Source: a virus
Taxonomy: Duplodnaviria > Caudoviricetes
Virus record (IMG/VR): IMGVR_UViG_3300020044_008864
Location: 1-60,538 of that record
Length of the DNA: 60,538 bases
Strand: one strand, 5' to 3'
Each line of letters begins with the position of its first letter. Position 1 is the first letter of the stretch. Under the pieces are notes generated by a model that worked only from the letters and a program-made list of their open reading frames with translations, was not told where the DNA came from and did no database searches. Below, piece by piece: positions 41,974 through 50,900 of the stretch. The translations under genes were made by a program, and so were the position numbers.

Positions 41974-44900
41974 ATGAACGAGTTACAGAAGTTATACGAC
42001 GTATTAGTTAGAGAAGGAAAGTATACAAAATCCTTTGAAGAATTTCAAAACCAATGGAATGACGAGCAGTATCAATCAAAGGTATACGAGGTAGTACATC
42101 GTGATGGTCTGTATACAAAGGACCGTGACTCTTTCAATCAGAAGTACGGAGCGCAATCTCAACAGCAAGTTCAACAACAACCTGCTCAAGAAGACCAAGG
42201 ACTTGTAGGTAATATAAAGTCCCAATTCCTTAACCAACAACCTCAACAACAGCGAGAACTTCCTCGCATGCCGAATCCGGGAGAGTTAGCCAACATAGGT
42301 AAGGAAGATGAGGATGCTACATTTGATTCTCAGGGTAACTACAACCCTATCAATGCGCTTCCTGAATCTGTAAGAGTAGGAGCTAAGGAGAGAATGGCAG
42401 AGAGCAAAGCAAGAGAGGAAGCAAAAAAAAAAGAAGTGGACAAATTGGCTTCGCAATCCGATTTATCTTCACAACAAAGTCTTGTGGAATCTACTGCAAG
42501 ACAGCAAGAGGAGGCGTCTTCATCGGCGTCTCAGCGGTACGAAGCAGCAGCTGAGAAGTTTCCTATCCTACGCAACGAACTTCTTAAAGACGTATACCAA
42601 CAGTTACAAAAGGAAAAGGACCTTCCTTCTTTTGTAAAAGATCAACTTAATAGCATCACGCCTAACCTTATAAACTTAGGTGAGGCTACTCCATCGGGAC
42701 ATAATATTCCGGGGATGGTTCTCTCAGCATTTCCTATTATTGGTATTCCAATAGGAGCTAATTCGCAAACTTTAGCAGGACTTAGTGTTGAGGAGGCTGT
42801 AGTTCCTAAGATGAATTACATGTTCGGCCCTCTTGGTTTTACGTTTGAAGAGTCAGGAGCAACAGGGGATTACATGACAGTAACAGCTCCTAATAAAGAT
42901 AAGATAGAGATATCTCTTAATAACTATACCGAGAGTAGTAACACCGAAGAAGCAAAGAAACTAAAAAACTTTATTGCTTCTAACTCTACTAAGATCCCTC
43001 AGATAGAAAAGTATGCTGCACAATATGCGGGTAGTGACATGAGATTCAACTCCGAAAAGCAGATAGATATCCACACAGAAGGTATTTCAATACAATACGA
43101 TAACTTAAATAAAGACGCTGCGTTACTTAGCAACGATATTAAAAAAGTTGAAAGTGATTTGGAATATCTTAATAGCGCTCCTGCTAATGAGAGAAACACT
43201 CCGCAGTATCTTGAAAAGAAAAAGGCTACTGAGGCTGCTCTCTTGGATGTTAATACAAGAAGACAGGAAATCATAAGTAGAAATAGTCAAATTGAGGCCA
43301 ACAAAACAAATCTTGATAGAGCTGTTGGTAAATATTCAGCGATGAAAGCTGAGCAAGGCACATGGACCGGAGCTACCGTGTCTTTTATTAGTGAAGGTGT
43401 TTCAACTGCATTATCAGGACTTGCTAATCTTGCTTTAGATTTTAGCTCTGTAGACATGACGGGAGACGTATCTCAACAAAGACAGTCTGCTATCAATAAG
43501 TCGGTTTCAGATAAAGTAGCTACGGGAAATGTAGAAGAGGATGCTAAGCAAGGAGGATTTGTAGTAGATGCTGCGCTTAGATTGAATAACTATAATAGAG
43601 GTCGTGGAAAAAACACCATGCCTGAACCAAAAGAAGGGCAGTCATATAAAGATTGGTATAACTCACTGAGTGCTGACCAAAAGAATGATATACGTATAAA
43701 AGTAGAGGACGATATATTAAAGCGTTCTAAAGAAATAGTATTACCTACGATAAGAGAAGGTATTAAAGGAGCTATAACCGATCCTAACACCTCAGTTGAG
43801 TGGAAGCAATTAGCAGAGGAAGGATTTTGGGGTGGCGCTTACGCAGGTCTTATCAAGTCAGCACCTGCTATGCTTGCTCCCGGAGGATGGGCAGGAAGAA
43901 CAGCAGCGTTCTTTGGTCAAAGTAATGACGCTGTCAATGAAGAGATGAGTAAGAACCCTGCGTTTGCAGACGTGCCTGAGTCTGAGAAGCTATTGGTTTC
44001 AATACCTATTGGTATAGCTAACGCAGTATTAGAGGAGATAGGTCTTAGTAACTTGATTAAGAATAAAGGTCTTGTAAATAGCCTTGTCCTTAAGGGTCTG
44101 CAAAAGGCAGGAGTCAACGCCACGGAGACAACTCTATCTAAGATAATAAAGAACGACGTAGAGAGCATGGTTGCAAGAGGCACGCTAACTCTTGCCGGAG
44201 CAGGTCTTGCTGAGGCTGAGACAGGTGCAGGTCAACAGATTGCTGAGTATGCGGTGAAGGATATCTATAATATAGCTAAGGAGAAGGAGATGTTTGACAC
44301 CCCTGACTCTTTGAAAGAATATGTTTATGATGTAGTTAGGTCAGGAGCACAAGAGGCTGTCGGTGGTTTCGTTATGGGAACACCTTCAGCTGCAGCGGCT
44401 GCCTATCGCAAGCAAGGATTTAAAGGAATGAGTGATGAGCAGTTCGAAACATTTGAGGCGATAGCCAATGATGAGAAGATGCAAAGCTCATTCATCGCTA
44501 CCTTAAAGACCAAGGTTGCATCGGGTGATATGACAATGGAGACCGCTAAGGAAGAGCTTAACGACTATCGTAACTCCGTTGGTTTATACAGATCCATTCC
44601 AACAGACCTAAGCACTGAGGCTAAGAAGGAAGCGATGAACTTGGTTCGTGAGAAGCAGGTAATTGAAGAAAGAATCAAAGACAAAGACGAAGCCTTAGTA
44701 AAGAAGCAGAAGGATCGTATAGCTGAAATTAATGTACAACTAAATAACCTATCAGAAAATGCCGTTCAAAAGCAAACAACAAGTGAAGTTCCTATTCAGT
44801 CAGAAGCCGCAGTTAGCGAAGAAGTGGCGGGAGGAAAACCCGCAGCAGAACCTCAAGTCACTACCGAAGAAGGTAAAGAACAAGAAGTAAATCGTATAAA

Positions 44901-47900
44901 TCCTGAGACGGGAGTTCTTGAGGTTGGTTTAGCAAACCCACCGATAGTTACAATTGAAAGAGAGACTGCTCCTGCTGCAGAGACAACTACCCTTACTCAA
45001 GAAGAACAGGATAGAAAGACTGAGCTTGAATCAGCTATTGCAAAAGATAATGGAAAGGGAACTGTTACTGTAGGTGACGCTCTTGTGCCAATCGAGGAAG
45101 CTCAGGCTGAGTTGGATGCGTTGAATAGTAAAACAGAAGTTGAAACGCGTGAGTCAGTTGAAGCTAATAGAAAAGCTGAGTTAGAAATATTCAAGGATAA
45201 CCTTGATGACGCGTTTAGACCGGGAAGTGATGAGACAGTTGGAGAATATATCAATAGAAAGTACGACGAATATATCAATAGGAAGTTTGGCGAAAAACCA
45301 ACCGCTGAAGTGACGGCTACCGAGGAGGTGACTACTCCTAACTTAGAACTTCAGACAAAACAGAATGAAGTTAAAAATATTGATGTTAAAATTGCTGAAA
45401 TCAATGATAAGGCTGACGCCGAAATTAATGATTTAAAACAGGTTGCTAAATCCAAAACGAAAGAAGCTGAACATAAAATACCTAAATCTGTAAGTTCGTA
45501 TTTAAGCACTCCTAATTCAGATGGTAGTTTTAACAAATCATCTGAAAAAACATCTTTTACTCCGGGTGCTTCCATGTGGGCTTTTGAGCCCATAGGAAAT
45601 AACAGATTTAATGTATATATAGCTAACAATGATGACGCTTCAAAATTAGCTTTAGCATTTCCTATTAGAAGTGTAAGTCCAATATTTCCTAATATACAGG
45701 TTGATTTTAGTAGTGGTGAATTGATGAATGGTAATTCTTTAAAAACCATAGACCCTGCTGTAGTTGAACTTCAAGGAGATAGATACGTGTTGATATCTCC
45801 GGGTAAAATAGATCTTGATAATAAGCTTGTGAAAACTAAATCTACAGAAGTTGATCAAGCGAAAATAGATGAAATAGAAAAAAGAAGAAAAGAGGATTTA
45901 GTTAAATATGAAAGTAAAAAGAAAAAGATTCAAGCCGAGTTGGATGCGCTGAATACTAAGGCTACCACAACCGCTGAGGTGACGGCTACTGCTGAGGTTA
46001 CTCCCGCTGCTGAGGCGGCGCCTGCTCCTAAGAAAAGAGGAAGAAAGAAGTCTGCTCCTGCTGCTGCAGTCGAGGCAGCTCCTGCTGCTGAGGAGAAGCC
46101 AACGGCTAAGCCAAAAGAGGAGCCTGCTAAAGGGAAGTCTCTTCTTACCGATAAGGTTAGAGCGCAGATATCTGAGATTGTAAAAGAATGGAACAAAACA
46201 AAAAAGAGATATCTCAAAGAAACAGGTGAAGAATCTGAAGGAAGAATTGAACTTGAAGTCCATGGGTTTATAGAATCTGCTAATGGATTGTATGAAGATC
46301 TTTTAGACTTTGATTCATTCTCAGGGTTGAAGAACATAAACAAGGATATAGAAAGAATTATAAAAAATTATCCTAATGTAAGCCGTATCGATTTCAAATA
46401 CCCTGAACGAGCAGATGGTGGAGATTGGAATTGGATTACTATCTACGAAGTGCCTACCGCTCCTAAGGCTGAAGCTGCCCCCGTAGTAGAACCTGCGCCT
46501 GCTCCTAAGGCTGAGCCTGCTCCGACTCCAACACCTGCACCGGCTCCGGCTAAGAAGACAGCAGCTGAGAAGAGGTTGGATGAGGATATAAATCAGACAT
46601 CTAATGAGGTTGAGTACTTCAAGGATGAAATTGAAAAACTCAAAGAGGAAATTGCAATAGAGAAGGGGAATACAAAAGAAGAGATTGCTAATGTAAAAGA
46701 AAAGATTGCCAACATAAAGGCAACTGTAACAAGTAAAGCTACTCAGAATAGACTCATTCAAGAGCTAAAGGATAATTTAGGAATATTCAAGGAAGACCAA
46801 GAAAATCAGTTAGAAATATACGCTGAGGACATGGTCCAACTGAAAGCTGATTTAAGAAAGGCAGAGGCTAAACTGAAAAGACTTGAGGCGAAGAAGGCGG
46901 AGACGTCTCCTGCTCCTGAAGTGGAAGCTGAGCCTGCACCTGAGGAGAAACCTGCTCCGACACCTGCTCCGGCTAAGACAGCGAAAGAGATTAAGGCTGA
47001 GAAGGAGTTGGATGATGAGATTAAAAGTCTTGAAAGAGATATTGATATATCTATAGGTAAGATTGAGGATCTTGAAAATGATATTGTAACAGAAAAGGAA
47101 GATAAAAAGGAAGGTACAGAGCGATTCAAGGAACAGATAGCTGAGGTTAAGCAAAAGATATCAGCCCAAAAGAAATCAGGACTTCCTAAAGAAACTATCA
47201 AGACACTTGTCAAAGAACTTGAGGTTGAACTTGATGAATTAGAAGCTAAGTTGTTTCAGTTCAGAGAAGATCAGGACGACTATGTTGAGTCATACAAAGA
47301 AGAGATTGCTCAAGAGAAAGCCGATATGAAGAAGGCTCAGAAGAGACTTGATAAGTTGATATCGAAGAGAGAGCAGATGACTCAGCCTGAAGCTGCTCCT
47401 AAGAAGCCCGGCATTATCTCGATGGCTGAGATTGAAAAGAGATTCCCTCTTGCTGCTGAGTTTATAAAGGCGCAGTACAATAATATTTCTGAACTTACAT
47501 CTAAAGATTCTTTAACCGTATTAGCAGAAGCTTACGATCAGTTAATGAGATATAAAGTAGGTGCTGAAAAACGCTTGCTTCAAATAGAAGAGATTGAAAA
47601 TTTAGTTGAATCATTAGAGCAAAGTGTAAAGAAGGTATCCAAAGAAGAATTCAAGAAGCAGATAGCTGCAAGTGGTGACTTCACTAAGGCGCAACTTAAA
47701 ATATTCAATGCTCTTGTTGATTCACTTCAGACTGAAACAATGCCTGAGTACATGTCGGATGAACAGGCGGCTAAATACAATGCAGGAACTGAAAACTTTT
47801 ATGTCGCTTCTTTAAATAGAATTGTTTCAAAACAACCTGAAGCTTTTATCCATGAGATAGGTCACTTTGGTTTCTTTAGAATACTTTCTAAGGAAGATAG

Positions 47901-50900
47901 AATGAATTTCTATCAGTATATGATTGACTCTAACTATGGTAAGGGTAAACCTTCTTTGGCATCTCGAATGGCTGTCACTGTAGATACTTTGCTTGGACGT
48001 TCTGCTGAAGGTCAAGAGTTTAGATTTAAATCCAACGCTGCCGACAATTTCTCTGAATACTTTGCACAGCAATTCTCAGAGTGGTATATGAACGAACGTC
48101 TATTTCCTAAGGAAATAGATGCCATATTTGGAAAGGTGGCTAAGTTCTTTAATTTACTCATAGAGAAACTTAAATCAGGTGAGTATGTAGATAAGAATCT
48201 TAGCGAATACTTTAATAAGATATCTGTTAAGATTGAGAAGCAGCAGAAGAAGAACGAGAAGATTCAAGATGCCCTTGGTGTTGAGGAGACAATGATGAAT
48301 GAGCTTCAAGACCTTGAAGACTTCTTCGGTATTGATCCCGAGATCTCTCCGATGAATATGAAATACATAACACCACTGCAGAAGATGGCGTTGATGTACA
48401 ACATGACTGAGAGCGGGTTTTTCCCAAGAAACGTAAGCACGTCTCACGTGAATAGAGACTTCGCTCAATTCAACTTAGAGGCTAAGCAGTCAGCGTCAGG
48501 TTCATACTACTTAGTGAACAGAGACACCAAGAAGATGGCTCGCCCATTGCGACAGCCTAAGGGTGGCATCCCTCCGCAGGTATCGAGGATGAGTGTGACT
48601 GCTCAGCCTGCTACTGTTAAAGAAATACTTAGAGAAAAGTTAGATGACAAGGACATTAATTCATTAAGAGCTTCACTAAGAAGAAAGGCTCCTGATAGCT
48701 ATATCATTGAGGTGTTAGATGAGTTGCAGGAGTTAAAGAAGAATGAGAACTTAGTGCCAAGCCAATCTGAAGTTTCTGATTTACTTGATAACGGAGTTAC
48801 TCTTGGTAATGTAATCAATATGCTTATTGAAGATGGAGTATTTGATAACTCTCAAGAAGCTATTAGTTACTTCACTCAGATTGGAGGACAGGAGTCTCAA
48901 GGATTATTTAAGAGATTGTCGGGATTAAAAACAGGAATATCTCCGGAAGTTTCACCAATGAAAGTAACCCCTATCTCTGTCAAGAATATGGGCATGGATG
49001 AGGTGATAGAGACAGCGAGAGAGAATGGTTTCTCTGACGATGTGATCAAGGCCCTTCTTATGAAGAGAGGGTACGCGGCTAAGGATATTGACAGCGCCCT
49101 TACGTTCAACATAAACTTCGCGTCAGCGTATACCAACAACAACCCAAGAACAGACAGCCCACTGCCGCGTCCATTTAGAACCCTTGACGGTGGCGTGAAC
49201 GCCGGCATCAAGTTGTTCTTCGACGTGCGTAACAAGCTGATTGACTTTGCTAAGTCTGACCCTAAAAAGAAGAAGACATACGCTGAGATAAGAGCGAAAG
49301 CTATCGAGCTTCTCAAGGCTAACCCTATCTTCCAAGGACAAGAGGACACCAAGCAGTTGGAGTTGATTGCAGCGTTCGACAAGACGCTTAACATCACAAG
49401 AGGCAAGGCGATATCAGCACAGATAGCTGACATACGCAAGGCCATCAAGGAGAGATTAGAAGGGGTGAAGGACCTGAAGAAGGCGCAGCTTATCTTGAGA
49501 AACTTCATTCGTCAAAGCCTTCCGGCTGTGAAAGTGCCAAGAGTATTCTTTAACCTTGAAGGGATGACATCGCCTGCTGAAGGGATAAACTTCTTCAATG
49601 GTCTACGTAAGCAGATATACGACTTCGCCCGCACGGATGCAAGTGGTGTTGTGGGTAAAAAGATATTGGTGAAAGATGCTGAGAAGATTAAAGAGTTCAG
49701 CAGAAATTTACTTAAGAATACTGAGCTGTATAAGAAGCAGTCACCGGCTGTGCAAGCAGACATGGAGAACGCTCTTATAAATAGTCAGTACACCAAAGGG
49801 GCATCACACACCCTTGACATCTACTCTCAGAAAGAGGTGAACAAGTTAATTGATATAGTGTCTCAGACAGATAGCAAGAACTTCTTATCTCAGGCTGAGA
49901 AAGTATTTGACATCATCACTGAGCAGAGAGCTAAGATTAAGAATGGTCTACTGAAAGAGATACTAACCTTGGTAAATAACAAGGCGGCATCTAACAAGAC
50001 TGCCTCAGGTAAGGTAAGGTCAAAGGGATTGGATGCGCAAGGCCAAGCCTTCTACAAATCAATCAAGCCAATCGTTGCAGCTGCCATTAAGAATGACACT
50101 GAGGCGATGATAAAAATTGCTGATGAGCTTTCTGATTTAGAAGCTATCGGTGACGCTCTTGATAAGGAGGCAGCAGGAGAGGACCTTACTACATTGGAGC
50201 GTGCTCTTCTTGATAAGGTATATGCATTCGACACCTTCGGCGATATCCTCAACATGGAATTAGAAGAGGTGCAGGATCTTCTCGATGGTCTTAAAGGCAT
50301 ACGCTCAGCGTCTATCATTCGCTTGAATGAGAAGAGAGCTGACCGTGCAGCGCAGAGAGAAGCCATGACGAGAGAGGCTGACGAGCAGATTAAAAAAGAC
50401 TTCAAAGCTTTATACAATCCTGACGGAACGCTTAAGGATAAAAACGAACTTGATAATGACAGAGCTATGATATGGCAGTCATTTAAACAAGGAAAGGTAT
50501 GGAATGCTCTTGCGCAATGGCTTGAGCGTTATGACTTTTTTACAACCAATATAACCGATTTCTTTAGAAAGACATTAGCTCACTTGGGTACTATCTCAAA
50601 CATCCTCGATAAGTCAGGTACATTCTTTAATGATAATGTATACCGCCCGTTGAATAGAATGGATGAGGCTAATAAGACTGCATATTCAAACGAGATGAAA
50701 CATCTTGATACCTTAGCGAATTCTATTAAAGGAGTAACCAAAGGGTACAGACAGATCCGTAGACTTATTGAATCTGCAGGTGTAGTTAATATGGTTATCA
50801 ATGGGAAAACAACCCCGAAGAACGGTGATCAGTTGTTAAGAATATACGCTCTTAGTTTGAATGAAGTTCAAAGAGAGAAGCTTCGCAATATGGGGTATAC

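Noticed and set aside
46295-46325. RNA polymerase catalytic motif in the giant protein (LLDFDSF)
   Set aside because: Lacks the third Asp of DxDxD and lies in a short inter-linker segment.
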